DNA from: a virus
DNA: 64,000 bases
Strand: one strand, 5' to 3'
IMG/VR virus record: IMGVR_UViG_3300020391_000003
Location: 64,001-128,000 of that record
In this document: piece by piece, positions 18,616 to 28,648 of the stretch
How positions within the stretch are numbered: position 1 is the stretch's first letter
Layout: each line of letters opens with the position of its first letter
Notes under the pieces: generated by a model
Told to the model about the DNA's origin: nothing
Seen by the model: the letters and a program-made list of their open reading frames with translations, nothing else
Database searches by the model: none
Made by a program: the position numbers and the translations under genes

Positions 18616-19126
18616 TTCAAATACATTGTTCAGGGGTCATAGCATGATCAATGGCATGATTAAAGATATTCTTGCATACTTTCAATCTCCTGTTTGGACA
18701 GAAGAAGATGAAGATTTAAAGTTGGAAATATTTTCTTCAATTATTGTGCAAAATAAATGTTGGTATTGTGGGGTTGGAGAACTAAAAGATAATGATCATT
18801 TTATACCAACCAATGGGAGATTGTTTGATCCGCCAATGTTTGGGCTTGAGCATGAAGGAAATATCATACCATCTTGCAAAATATGCAATGCAAATAAAAG
18901 CAATAAGCATCCTTTGCTTTGGTTAAAGAAAGGGAGAGTCACAAAAGGTAAAGAATTTCAATTTCCTACCAAAAGAATAGAATGCTTTGAATTATTTTTT
19001 GATATTTTTAAGGATAAATTAATTGCAGATTCTGAATTAACAAATATAATAATAGAACAAGCAATACCAAAGTGTGAAAAACAAACAAAAGAATTAGCAA
19101 ATTTTGAAGAATGGATAAAATTATAA
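18602..19126 (+). CDS. HNH endonuclease
   Basis: CWYCG..DHFIP..NIIPSCKICNANK. Confidence 0.85.
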   Translation: MTKHNSNTLFRGHSMINGMIKDILAYFQSPVWTEEDEDLKLEIFSSIIVQNKCWYCGVGELKDNDHFIPTNGRLFDPPMFGLEHEGNIIPSCKICNANKSNKHPLLWLKKGRVTKGKEFQFPTKRIECFELFFDIFKDKLIADSELTNIIIEQAIPKCEKQTKELANFEEWIKL

Positions 19127-19127
19127 T

Positions 19128-19457
19128 ATGTGGAATTATAGAATAATCAAAAAAGATGAAGTTTACGAACTTCGTGAAGCATACTACAATGACAATAAAG
19201 AGATTTTCGCTATATGTGAATTTGCGGAAATTACAGGAGAAAGCCCTGAAGATATTATTGAATCTTTAAAATATATGCTTGATGATGCTGTGAAATATAA
19301 AGATATGGTTTTAGAAGATGGAAAAATTGAATTTGCTTCTATGTGTGATGATGAAGATTTAGAAGAAATAACTTTTGAAGAATTACAAGAGTCAATAAGT
19401 GGAATAAATATGCCTCCACTTGACTGGACTGATCCTGATGTTGAAGTCAACGACTGA
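19128..19457 (+). CDS. Acidic hypothetical phage protein
   Basis: MWNYRIIK..ELREAYY N-terminus; operonic spacing. Confidence 0.65.
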   Translation: MWNYRIIKKDEVYELREAYYNDNKEIFAICEFAEITGESPEDIIESLKYMLDDAVKYKDMVLEDGKIEFASMCDDEDLEEITFEELQESISGINMPPLDWTDPDVEVND

Positions 19458-19594
19458 GATAATCAAAAGCAAAAATTATTATACCTAAATAAAAGATCAT
19501 TTTTGCCATCTCCCATAATTCCACATAAAAATCCATTAGATTAACTTACACAAAAGACTTGACATCTTTTGTCTTTCGTGCTAAAATGAACTCT

Positions 19595-20632
19595 ATGAAC
19601 GAAACAATACTAGGCTTAACTTGCATCAGTGAACAACTGAAAGACAAAGACAAGAAAAAATACTCTTTTCAAACTATGACTCGCAAGAGATTTAACGATC
19701 TTTGTGTAAAAGAAAGCAGAGATGAAGCCATTGATCAACTTTCTGAAAGGATTATTCACAATATTCGCACGACTCAGTACATTTTGCGTCATTGCATTAC
19801 AAATAACATTGTTCACTATCGTCTTAGTTCTGCTTTGTTTCCTCTTCTTACTGATTCAACTCTCGATCTCTCTCTTGAGTCTTTGCCGAATTATTCCACG
19901 ATTAAACACGAACTAAGATTTGCGGGGCTTATTGCTTTTTCTTTTAAAATGTCTATCAGTATTCATCCCGATCAGTTTAATGTTCTTGCATCTACAAACG
20001 AAATGTCTGTTGCAAAAAGCATCAAAGAACTTAATTTTCAGTCTGATATTATGGACATGATGGGTCTACCTCAAGATCATACTGCCCCTATGAATATTCA
20101 TATCAATGGTACTCCTCCCGAAATAGAATCAAAAGATGATCCTGATGTAGTGAAAAATGTTAGAATAAAAGAAATGGCAGAAAGATTTTATAATAACCTT
20201 ATGCGTTGTCAGCCAGGAGTATTCAATCGCTTGACCATCGAAAATGAAGATAAAGGTTTTTGGAATGTAGACAACATTATTAAATTTAGTGAATATATTT
20301 TCAAAAAATATGGGTTTAACCTTCCAATCTGTTATGACAACTTACATGACTTTTGCAATCCGTCCGAAGAACTTAGCACTTCATTTCAAGCAGAAAGATG
20401 TGCGTATACATGGGTAAACCCACTCAAGCAAGATGACCACTTTGTTGCTCCTGTGTTTCATTGGTCAGAGGGTAAACCCGAAAAGCCAAGGGCACACGCA
20501 GATTATTTTGCACTAGGAAATTTTCCACCGCATATCGCTATTGATCCTAAAAAACCTGTTAAATGGGAATGCGAAGTTAAGCAAAAAGACAAAGCGATTT
20601 CATTGTTGAAAAAAAATTTACAAAAAGTATGA
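19595..20632 (+). CDS. uvsE: UV damage endonuclease
   Basis: YRLSSALFP, SIHPDQFNVLAS, NIHING, RLTIENEDK, CYDNLHD, FHWSE, AHAD, ECEVKQKD; start by promoter geometry. Confidence 0.9.
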   Translation: MNETILGLTCISEQLKDKDKKKYSFQTMTRKRFNDLCVKESRDEAIDQLSERIIHNIRTTQYILRHCITNNIVHYRLSSALFPLLTDSTLDLSLESLPNYSTIKHELRFAGLIAFSFKMSISIHPDQFNVLASTNEMSVAKSIKELNFQSDIMDMMGLPQDHTAPMNIHINGTPPEIESKDDPDVVKNVRIKEMAERFYNNLMRCQPGVFNRLTIENEDKGFWNVDNIIKFSEYIFKKYGFNLPICYDNLHDFCNPSEELSTSFQAERCAYTWVNPLKQDDHFVAPVFHWSEGKPEKPRAHADYFALGNFPPHIAIDPKKPVKWECEVKQKDKAISLLKKNLQKV

Positions 20633-20772
20633 GCAAAAAATCCTCAAATAATCAAAACGGAAAAGGTTCATCTCCTAGAAACAATAATTCTAAAAAATTT
20701 CAAGATAATTATTCCAAAATAAAATGGAGCAAAATAAAGAAAAAACTTGATAAAGCTAAAGATAACCCGTAA
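20629..20772 (+). CDS. Basic microprotein with GKGS motif (47 aa, not in track)
   Basis: MSKKSSNNQNGKGSSPRNNNSKKFQDNYSKIKW..; ATGA overlap with uvsE stop. Confidence 0.55.
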   Translation: MSKKSSNNQNGKGSSPRNNNSKKFQDNYSKIKWSKIKKKLDKAKDNP

Positions 20773-20817
20773 GATAATTAATTGCGTGTAAATTAAATAT
20801 CACAAACCCCTAAAACA

Positions 20818-21156
20818 ATGAAAAAAATAATAACCATAACATTCCTAGCATTATCGCTTTTTCCTTCCTGTTTGCAATCAAATAAAGATTTAAGCATAGA
20901 AACCGAAGAGCCTATTTCAACTCCCAGAAGTCCGCAACTACAAAAAGAAATAGACGAGCTTTTAGCAAAAGACGCAGAAAATAAAAAGCTAGAAAAAGAA
21001 TATTTAGAACAAATAAGAATCGCACAAGAAAATAATGATACAGAAGCGTTTGAATTTTTCTTTCAAGAATATATTGATGTTGAAAGATTATCCATCCCTG
21101 AAGAATTAAAAAAAGAACCAAATTATGTTGAAGGCGGTGTTAATTTAAAATATTAA
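20818..21156 (+). CDS. Lipoprotein-like protein
   Basis: Signal peptide ending FPSC; C-terminal NDTEAFEFFFQEY shared with 8490-8726. Confidence 0.6.
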   Translation: MKKIITITFLALSLFPSCLQSNKDLSIETEEPISTPRSPQLQKEIDELLAKDAENKKLEKEYLEQIRIAQENNDTEAFEFFFQEYIDVERLSIPEELKKEPNYVEGGVNLKY

Positions 21157-21698
21157 TGTCAAGAAAGAAGCACGAATTAAAAACCCAAATAATAACAGGT
21201 AAAATTTATAAAGATCATAAACAGGGTAAGGATAAATCTTTTTATGATCAGTTTTTCAATACCAAGCCAACAGAATATACAAGAAAAGATATAGGATTAT
21301 TTTTAGTTTGGATATGGGGCTTTATTCTTGGCTTTCCTTTCGGACTAGGCTTTTTCGCAAGCAAATCAACAGATACTCTTTCTACACTTTTATCAATCTT
21401 TGGAGTAAGCACCATGCTTTTTCTTTGGATTAGTTTGTGGATCATCGGCAAACAAAAACATTACTTTCAACAAATTTTTGATTCATTTGATTATACTTAT
21501 CATCCTTCTACTTTTGATAAGGTTGATGATTTAAGATTCTTTCAAATAGAAGAAAAAATGGCTATGGCTAGAGCAAATAACGACATTGAAAAAGTAACAG
21601 AATACAGATACAATATCAAACAAATTGCACTTAATGGTCAACTTTCAAAAGAAACTAGAGAATATATAAAAGAAAAATATTATTATTTAGTAAAATGA
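21156..21698 (+). CDS. Membrane hypothetical protein
   Basis: Two TM segments; TAATG coupling. Confidence 0.6.
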   Translation: MSRKKHELKTQIITGKIYKDHKQGKDKSFYDQFFNTKPTEYTRKDIGLFLVWIWGFILGFPFGLGFFASKSTDTLSTLLSIFGVSTMLFLWISLWIIGKQKHYFQQIFDSFDYTYHPSTFDKVDDLRFFQIEEKMAMARANNDIEKVTEYRYNIKQIALNGQLSKETREYIKEKYYYLVK

Positions 21699-21886
21699 AA
21701 AAACTTTGGTTGATATGGGCAAGAACTTTAGATCATCGTGTCGGAAAAAATGATGAAGACCAACCAGATATTCCCATCCTGACATTGAAACAAGCTCAGG
21801 TGAGTTTGTTAATTAGAACAATTATTGTCTTGACAAACATGGCAACCTGTGGTATGATTATGGCTAATATTATTAAAAACTGGTAA
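21695..21886 (+). CDS. Hypothetical protein
   Basis: ATGA overlap, C-terminal hydrophobic helix. Confidence 0.6.
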   Translation: MKKLWLIWARTLDHRVGKNDEDQPDIPILTLKQAQVSLLIRTIIVLTNMATCGMIMANIIKNW

Positions 21887-21888
21887 AT

Positions 21889-22140
21889 ATGCACGAAGCA
21901 ATGACAGAAGAAATTAATTATAACAAAGGTTATGATAAAGGTTGGGCAGATGCCCAAGAACATCTCTCAAAGAAATTTGAAAAGGCAATACTGAAAGCCA
22001 AATTAGATTCCTATGAAAAAGGTTATCGAGCAGGAGCAAATCAACTTTCAAACGATCCCTGCGTTTGTGGATTTTGGGGCAGAAGTCATTCAAATAAAAT
22101 AGTAAGCGATTGGTATGACGATTGCGAAAATGGAAAATGA
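21889..22140 (+). CDS. Hypothetical protein
   Basis: Repeated YxKGY motifs. Confidence 0.55.
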   Translation: MHEAMTEEINYNKGYDKGWADAQEHLSKKFEKAILKAKLDSYEKGYRAGANQLSNDPCVCGFWGRSHSNKIVSDWYDDCENGK

Positions 22141-22217
22141 TTAACCCCCGAATCAATTCTTGAAGATTTAATAAATTTCTCTTGACATCTCAAAGTTAAT
22201 TTGCTATAATGCTCGTC

Positions 22218-22604
22218 ATGGAATTATCAGATATATTGCAATTTATAGTTGGCTTTTCTATACTATGGGTATGGTTAATACGATCTCATGTAGCCACCAA
22301 TTATAGAGTTGGTGGAGCGACTACCCTGAGAGAAGAAGTTATAGAAGTGGGTTTTCCTAATTGGGTTTATGATGCTTTAAGAGTGGTGAAACCATTTTTT
22401 GCGTTTTTTCTTATGATAGGACTTCTTTATGATCCATTTACCCTGCCTTGTATGGCGGCGACTACACTTTTTATGTTAGGTGGGCTTGGTATGCACATTT
22501 ATGCTAAGGATAGTATAAAGAAAATGATTCCCGCTTTAATTTTATTATTATTTTGTTTTATAATTTTTACTTGTCCATCAAAGTGGGAGAACTTTAATAG
22601 CTGA
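22218..22604 (+). CDS. DoxX-like membrane protein
   Basis: Four hydrophobic helices, MHIYAKDSIKKMIPA; start 7 nt after TTGACA(22182)-17-TATAAT. Confidence 0.7.
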   Translation: MELSDILQFIVGFSILWVWLIRSHVATNYRVGGATTLREEVIEVGFPNWVYDALRVVKPFFAFFLMIGLLYDPFTLPCMAATTLFMLGGLGMHIYAKDSIKKMIPALILLLFCFIIFTCPSKWENFNS

Positions 22605-22629
22605 TCCCACTTGCTCTATACCTTTTGAT

Positions 22630-22863
22630 ATGAGAACATATATTAGCACAATTTTTTATTTCTTGGGAGACTTAACATCAAAACTTTTACAATATAGTAT
22701 AACAAGCGTAATTTTTTATCCGATATACAGAAGATTAATGTTAATCAGTATTAGTCTTGACAAAAATAATATTGTATGGGAGAATGCAGAAAAAAAAGAA
22801 AGTGCAAGAGTAGATTTTATTGCTAGATTAAAAAATGAAAATAGAATTAGGTATAAGAGGTAG
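22630..22863 (+). CDS. Hypothetical protein
   Basis: 77 aa ORF in run of + genes. Confidence 0.5.
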   Translation: MRTYISTIFYFLGDLTSKLLQYSITSVIFYPIYRRLMLISISLDKNNIVWENAEKKESARVDFIARLKNENRIRYKR

Positions 22864-23101
22864 TGAGGATGCAATAAATCATATACTACTTAGAGTAAAC
22901 AATGATTTTATTTTGCAGACTAAAGACAATTTATTTTTTGCGGGAGAAGAAGGTAGAGATAAAACAGGAAAAAATTTAGTTGAGTTATTAGAAACTTTAT
23001 CTAAAGATCACGAAATATCTGTTCGCAAAAATGTTGCGGAAGAAATTGAAAGAGAATTAAATTTAAATGGAGAAATAATTAAATATGAAAACATTACATA
23101 A
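22835..23101 (+). CDS. Hypothetical protein
   Basis: 88 aa ORF. Confidence 0.55.
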   Translation: MKIELGIRGSEDAINHILLRVNNDFILQTKDNLFFAGEEGRDKTGKNLVELLETLSKDHEISVRKNVAEEIERELNLNGEIIKYENIT

Positions 23102-23405
23102 TACTAAAAATTGCAATTACAGAAAATTATTGCATAAAAAATTAAAGCACGGCAAAATAAGTGGCAAGTTCTATAAGTTTCTTTGCAGAAACTTTCCTTA
23201 TCGAGTTACCGCAAGGGAAGTGCAAATTTGCGTCGCAATGGTTCTTGATGGCAGAATGACCGAAAATAAAGCCATTGCCACTTTGCAACGAGCAACTACT
23301 GAACTTAGAAGACAACAAGAGATGTATCAATCAAATATAGATTGCAGAAAGAAAATTTCAAAAACAACCACTCCATATACAAAACCTCTTTATACAAATA
23401 AATGA
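23085..23405 (+). CDS. Hypothetical protein
   Basis: 106 aa basic ORF. Confidence 0.55.
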   Translation: MKTLHNTKNCNYRKLLHKKLKHGKISGKFYKFLCRNFPYRVTAREVQICVAMVLDGRMTENKAIATLQRATTELRRQQEMYQSNIDCRKKISKTTTPYTKPLYTNK

Positions 23406-23498
23406 AAGAAAAAATTAATCAAATAAAAGAATTATTTGGAGCAATCGGGGTATTTTTTATCTTGACTTGCTTGCAAATATGGTATATAATAACAGGAA

Positions 23499-23717
23499 AT
23501 GAATAAAGAATTATACTTAATGTTAAAATCATCTGCCGAGTCGGATGTCGCAAAAGCCAAGTTGTCTTTAAAATTGCTTGGCAAACACGCAGTTGGAATT
23601 GGAGATCACTCTACCAATGATTTTTATAAAAATGCAGAAGAAGCACTCCATTTGCTTGATAATGCAAATAGTAGATTAGATACTTTGGAAAAATATATTG
23701 CCGAAATAAATGATTAA
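23499..23717 (+). CDS. Hypothetical phage protein
   Basis: VGIGDH motif; own promoter TTGACT(23462)-17-TATAAT. Confidence 0.65.
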   Translation: MNKELYLMLKSSAESDVAKAKLSLKLLGKHAVGIGDHSTNDFYKNAEEALHLLDNANSRLDTLEKYIAEIND

Positions 23718-23879
23718 TTTATTAGATATTGGAACTACATTTGGCGGTCTTAAAGACTTTGATGTAACAAATATAGTTAAACAATTATTGTGGAAAAATA
23801 ACGCACAAGAATTTACTTTAAAAATATCAAAAGATATTGACGATTATCACATTTATGTAAAAATAGAAGATGTAAAAAA

Positions 23880-24107
23880 ATGAACAGGTTTGATTTAGAA
23901 GAAGACATCAGCAATCTCAACCAAATAGGTGAAGATATAGAAACAATGATATATGCTATTGGGGACTCTGCAAATAAATATAGCGAAGATCAATTACTAA
24001 ATATGTTGATTGGCATAAAACAATTACATGATACTCGTTATGAAAAAATGTGGGCTACATTTGAACACTTAGTTAAAAACGGAACGATTTCAAATAATAA
24101 GGTATGA
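23880..24107 (+). CDS. Hypothetical protein
   Basis: MNRFDLEE..NMLIGIKQL helical protein. Confidence 0.6.
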   Translation: MNRFDLEEDISNLNQIGEDIETMIYAIGDSANKYSEDQLLNMLIGIKQLHDTRYEKMWATFEHLVKNGTISNNKV

Positions 24108-24442
24108 GAAAAAAATCTTGGTATCTCTCTTCAGTCAGAAAAGAACAATTGGATCAATTTAAACTTTTAGAAATAAAAGACTTTTTTACAAATAAAGGTA
24201 TTCAATTACGACACACAAAAAAACAAATAAGAAAAAGAATATCTTATAGATTTTGGAGACCGATTGTTGAGCAAGTAAGTTCAAATATCAAATCATCAGA
24301 ACGAAATAATGTTGTACAAAAAATATGGAGAGAGATGGATGATCGTTGTTGTTTTCACACATTAACTCAATCGATTTATGATCTAGAATCACTTGCACTA
24401 TGCACAGAAGATCACGACAATGGACATTGGAACGAGAAGTAA
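24104..24442 (+). CDS. Hypothetical protein
   Basis: ATGA overlap. Confidence 0.5.
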   Translation: MRKKSWYLSSVRKEQLDQFKLLEIKDFFTNKGIQLRHTKKQIRKRISYRFWRPIVEQVSSNIKSSERNNVVQKIWREMDDRCCFHTLTQSIYDLESLALCTEDHDNGHWNEK

Positions 24443-24647
24443 AAAATATGTTGAATATCATATGTTTAATACATTTCATCCAATCTACGAAACAAAAATA
24501 CAAGTTCATGGTTTATGGCATGAAGCAAATGGTGAAATAAGATACGAGTCTATTTTAGAAGAAGAACCCGACGGAACGCAAATAAGCTACCTGTTCCCCA
24601 TCTTTAATCCCGACTCTGATGAGTTTGACAATTACTCTCGTTTATAA
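24393..24647 (+). CDS. Hypothetical protein (start uncertain)
   Basis: ORF track; acidic C-terminus. Confidence 0.45.
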   Translation: MHYAQKITTMDIGTRSKKYVEYHMFNTFHPIYETKIQVHGLWHEANGEIRYESILEEEPDGTQISYLFPIFNPDSDEFDNYSRL

Positions 24648-24691
24648 TTTTCGGCTTGACAAATCAAAATATATATGATATACTCACGACT

Positions 24692-24862
24692 ATGAATCAA
24701 ATAATACTAGATACCTTGGAAGAGTTTCAAGACTCTCAAATTAATATTGCGAGTTTAACTGCACGACAAATTTTAGCAAATAAACTTGAGGAAAACCTAG
24801 AACAATATGTTACTGACTTGGTAGAAGAAGCAGTTTCAGTAATTGAAGGTTTATCAAAGTGA
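24692..24862 (+). CDS. Small acidic hypothetical protein (start corrected)
   Basis: TTGACA(24656)-17-TATACT, ATG 7 nt later. Confidence 0.6.
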   Translation: MNQIILDTLEEFQDSQINIASLTARQILANKLEENLEQYVTDLVEEAVSVIEGLSK

Positions 24863-25128
24863 ACGATATAGAAAACTTAATTGAATCACGAATGGAAGCA
24901 ATCAAAATAATGATGGAAAATCTTCAAGATGATTTGCTTATTCACGAATTAGAACATATTGCATCAAGACATAATGATTTAATCGCACAATCTAGATTTT
25001 GGCATAAACAAAATAATAAAGAAAGATACTTATATGATCTAACAGATTATGCACAATGGCTTTTCAAATATTTAGGTTGGCAAGACATAGAAATAGAAAA
25101 CAAATTAAATGAAAATAAATATGAATAG
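24859..25128 (+). CDS. Hypothetical protein
   Basis: GTGA overlap. Confidence 0.55.
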   Translation: MNDIENLIESRMEAIKIMMENLQDDLLIHELEHIASRHNDLIAQSRFWHKQNNKERYLYDLTDYAQWLFKYLGWQDIEIENKLNENKYE

Positions 25129-25290
25129 TTCACAAATAATTTTTGCTTCAGAAGTAGAAGAATTTTTTTGGGTTGAAGATGATATTTCTGTTCCTCAAGG
25201 TACTCCGATTGGATACGAAGTTGAGCGTGGAAATAATATAGACCTTGTGTTATTTGAAGATATATATTGGTCTGACCAAAACTTATAACA

Positions 25291-25560
25291 ATGAAAGACG
25301 AAGATAGAGTGTATGAATTTCGCTTGGAATATCTTAGTGGTAATTCTGTTGGTCACAACTATCATTACTATCTTGCACAAAATGCAGAAAAAGCATTATC
25401 TTATCAACTTGAAATGATGGATCACAAACATTGGAACATACAAATAATCAAATTAGAAAGAAAATGTCCATACGGAAATAAATGGATTGATGAAAGCGAA
25501 GTGCTTAAAAAAACTAATGAAATTAAAGATATGATTTCTAATCGAGAAAAAAACGCTTGA
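25291..25560 (+). CDS. Hypothetical protein
   Basis: 89 aa ORF. Confidence 0.6.
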   Translation: MKDEDRVYEFRLEYLSGNSVGHNYHYYLAQNAEKALSYQLEMMDHKHWNIQIIKLERKCPYGNKWIDESEVLKKTNEIKDMISNREKNA

Positions 25561-25591
25561 CAAACCCATTGCATTGTGTCATCATTTAAAA

Positions 25592-26005
25592 ATGAGCGGA
25601 GAAGCACATTCAGTATTTTTTAGAAGGACTAATAAAACAAAAGAGTCCAATAGTCAATTATGTAAAATTTTTGAAAGAATTATCTTGGCATCACCTGTCA
25701 AGAAGCACATGAAGTTCTATCCCGACCATCTAGGTCAAGTTGAACTCTACCAAAAAGGTGGAGAAAATGTACCTAAATGGATGGAAAAAGATTTGCGATT
25801 CAATGGAACTTTCGAGTTGCACATATCAACTTATGAGTCTTGGTATGAAGATGGAGACATCTACGAATCTTTTGATCGAGCAGATAGTTTTGTTTCTTTA
25901 GCCAAAAAATTTGCAGAACAATATAACCTAAATTATTATCCTAGAGGAGTTTACGACTTAGAAAAAGAATCAGAAAAAAAAGACTTGACACTTTTTCAGA
26001 AGTAG
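25592..26005 (+). CDS. Hypothetical protein (start corrected)
   Basis: TTGACA(25557)-17-CATCAT, ATG 6 nt later. Confidence 0.6.
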   Translation: MSGEAHSVFFRRTNKTKESNSQLCKIFERIILASPVKKHMKFYPDHLGQVELYQKGGENVPKWMEKDLRFNGTFELHISTYESWYEDGDIYESFDRADSFVSLAKKFAEQYNLNYYPRGVYDLEKESEKKDLTLFQK

Positions 26006-26019
26006 TTTAAGCTTATGGC

Positions 26020-26256
26020 ATGATTGATTTTATTGCAGACATGAACGCTTCGATTGCGAAGCATGAAAAAGAGTTGGCATCACAACCTCGCAAGGGTATG
26101 ATGGTCTATTTAGATAAAAGCACTCCAATTTTAGTGCAGTACGCTAGTGCGGAGAGTTTCAACAAGGCAAAGTCTATGACCTCAAGGAAAGGTCAATCGA
26201 GTTGCTTGCGTAATGTCTTGGATGGTAATGGAAGCCTACAAGCAAAAAAGTTTTAA
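26020..26256 (+). CDS. Hypothetical protein
   Basis: TTGACA(25985)-17-TAAGCT, ATG 6 nt later. Confidence 0.6.
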   Translation: MIDFIADMNASIAKHEKELASQPRKGMMVYLDKSTPILVQYASAESFNKAKSMTSRKGQSSCLRNVLDGNGSLQAKKF

Positions 26257-26323
26257 TTTTTTCTTGACAAACTAATTTTTTTATCGTAGAATATATTCTT
26301 ACTTAACAAAAACCCAAACTAAA

Positions 26324-28612
26324 ATGATTATTGCAGAAAACAAACAAAAGAAAGTTGTAAGCTCACATGACTTTGATTCGGTGAGTTGTACTATTGATGC
26401 AGAAGATATGCGTTATGTTGCATCTCTTCTCAGAAACAATTACTCTAATACGCAACTTGCGGTCATTAGAGAGATTAGTGCGAACGCACTAGACGCAAAC
26501 CTAGAGGCAAATTCAAAGCGTAAAATTGAAGTCTCTCTACCAACTCGTATGCAATCTAATTTTTGCGTTCGTGATTTTGGCGGTGGACTAAGCAAAGAAG
26601 ATGTCTTTGGATTGTACTCCAAGTATGGCAAGTCTACCAAAAGACAATCGAACAATTATATTGGTGCATTTGGAATCGGCAAATTTGCCCCTTTGTCTTA
26701 CGGAGAAAATTTCACTTGCGTTTCATATCATGGTGGAATGAAAACTTCCTACAACATTTTTGTCAACGAAGAAGATGACACTAAGATTGTCGAACTGCAT
26801 CAAGAACCTAGTGCTGAACCAACAGGTTTGTGCATCGAAGTTGCAATTTCTGATTCGGATATTGAAAAGTTTCGAGATACTTGCCAAAAGTTTTTCAAGT
26901 TCTTTCCCGAAAAAGATATGCCCAAGTTTCTTGGTGTTGAATCTAATTTTATAGAAAAACAAAAGATATTACTTTCTAGCAAGAAAGACGATTGGTTTTT
27001 CTTGGAAAGCTCAAATACTCGTTATTATGGATATGGAAATTCTAGTCGTTCTCATGTTATCATGGGCAGAGTTTCATATCCTCTCGATCCTAATGCGATT
27101 GATGTAAAGAATTATGTAAAAGATGATCGACAAATTAATATCATCGAATCTTTATTGCAAGAATCAAATTTTTATTTGCGAGTACCATTGGGTTGCGTAA
27201 AGTTGCATCATAGCAGAGAAGCATTGGAATACAACAAACCAACACAAAAGTTTATTGTGCAACTTATGCTAGAAGTGGTGCAAGAAATTCAAGCAATCGC
27301 AAAAGAAAAACTTGCCGATTCAGCAGATTTATTTCAAGCAAAAGCTAATTATGCTAAAATTATAAATTCTATGCCCGATTCTTTGCAAAGAGCATTTAGA
27401 AATTCTTTTGAATGGAACGGAATAAAGATTGATTCTTTTGGATTTAGTCGTCCATATGGAATGACAGATGATCTTGTTTTGACTCTAACCGAAAAGATTT
27501 CTGATCGTGATGCTCGTAATGGATTCAAAGTTAAAAGTCACAAAGTATCCAATATTAATTGCAGAGATAATGTTATTTTTCTTGTGCAAGATATTGAATC
27601 TTCTCATGGCAATAACCTTAGAGCAAGAACTCTGTTTAATCAAGATTCTAATTTACAAGATATATATTTTATTCATGCAAAAACCGATACTGCACAAAGT
27701 GTTATTGACAACGAATGGAATTTCAATTTGATTGACGATTCTCATATCAAGTATTGCTCTAATGTTGCCAAAGAAAAACCTCAAATTGGAGTCAGAAAAG
27801 GTAGTGGAAGTCGAGCAAACATTCCTTTGTTTGAAATGAAAGATGATAAAGGTGGATATGGTTATCGCAACATTGATTATTGGTCTAATGTTGCGGATGA
27901 TATTTCTGTCTTGCAGTCTCAAAAAAATCCCAAGGGATTGGTCAACGGAAAGTATATTTATGTTCCAATCAAGAATTACAAGATTGACCACAAGAGTTTG
28001 GACTTGGATGCAGTCTACAAAAGAGCAAGTGGTATTCGTAAACTTGCCCAAGATAAATCGCAAGAAAAATCTTTTCGATTATTTGGAGTTAGAAGTGGAG
28101 ATGTATCCAAGTTGGACAAAAGTCTTTGGTTATCATTCTTTGATTTCTATGCAGATTTTGCAAAGACCTATCTCAAGTTAAATTTGAAGTCTGCCAAGAC
28201 ATCTTATGGAAGCATTATGGCATCAAAAGATTCACAACTTCATACGCTTATGAATGAAGTCAGATATGATATTGGTGCAATTTTCAACAACAATAATGTA
28301 AAATTGGATTCTCTAGGTGAAGATCATCTTATATTTCAATCGAAGAAAAAATATAATACAATTATCCATGACAATGAATCTCCAACTTGCAGATCATACA
28401 TTGTATACTTGCTTGCAAACGGACATCAAGATTGGGTTGACTTCAACTTCAACGGATCATTTTCTGCCAAGCAAATGAAGAAAGATATTAATGCAATTAT
28501 TTCTACTTATCCGATGCTCACTTATGTTGGCTCAAGTGTAAATAATTACAGAGGAACTCCCAAGGTATACCAACAAATTATCGACTACATACAAATGGTA
28601 GACAAAAATTAA
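26324..28612 (+). CDS. rIIA: rIIA-like protein (N-terminal GHKL ATPase)
   Basis: YSNTQLAVIREISANALDA, VRDFGGGL, YGKSTKRQSN..IGAFGIGKFAPLSY. Confidence 0.88.
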   Translation: MIIAENKQKKVVSSHDFDSVSCTIDAEDMRYVASLLRNNYSNTQLAVIREISANALDANLEANSKRKIEVSLPTRMQSNFCVRDFGGGLSKEDVFGLYSKYGKSTKRQSNNYIGAFGIGKFAPLSYGENFTCVSYHGGMKTSYNIFVNEEDDTKIVELHQEPSAEPTGLCIEVAISDSDIEKFRDTCQKFFKFFPEKDMPKFLGVESNFIEKQKILLSSKKDDWFFLESSNTRYYGYGNSSRSHVIMGRVSYPLDPNAIDVKNYVKDDRQINIIESLLQESNFYLRVPLGCVKLHHSREALEYNKPTQKFIVQLMLEVVQEIQAIAKEKLADSADLFQAKANYAKIINSMPDSLQRAFRNSFEWNGIKIDSFGFSRPYGMTDDLVLTLTEKISDRDARNGFKVKSHKVSNINCRDNVIFLVQDIESSHGNNLRARTLFNQDSNLQDIYFIHAKTDTAQSVIDNEWNFNLIDDSHIKYCSNVAKEKPQIGVRKGSGSRANIPLFEMKDDKGGYGYRNIDYWSNVADDISVLQSQKNPKGLVNGKYIYVPIKNYKIDHKSLDLDAVYKRASGIRKLAQDKSQEKSFRLFGVRSGDVSKLDKSLWLSFFDFYADFAKTYLKLNLKSAKTSYGSIMASKDSQLHTLMNEVRYDIGAIFNNNNVKLDSLGEDHLIFQSKKKYNTIIHDNESPTCRSYIVYLLANGHQDWVDFNFNGSFSAKQMKKDINAIISTYPMLTYVGSSVNNYRGTPKVYQQIIDYIQMVDKN

Positions 28613-28648
28613 CTTGACAAACTATAAAAAATCAACTATACTATAATT

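Noticed and set aside
18602-19126. HNH gene as part of an intron or intein
   Set aside because: No interrupted host gene and no group I/II core motifs; it sits in frame-coupled tandem with ordinary neighbours
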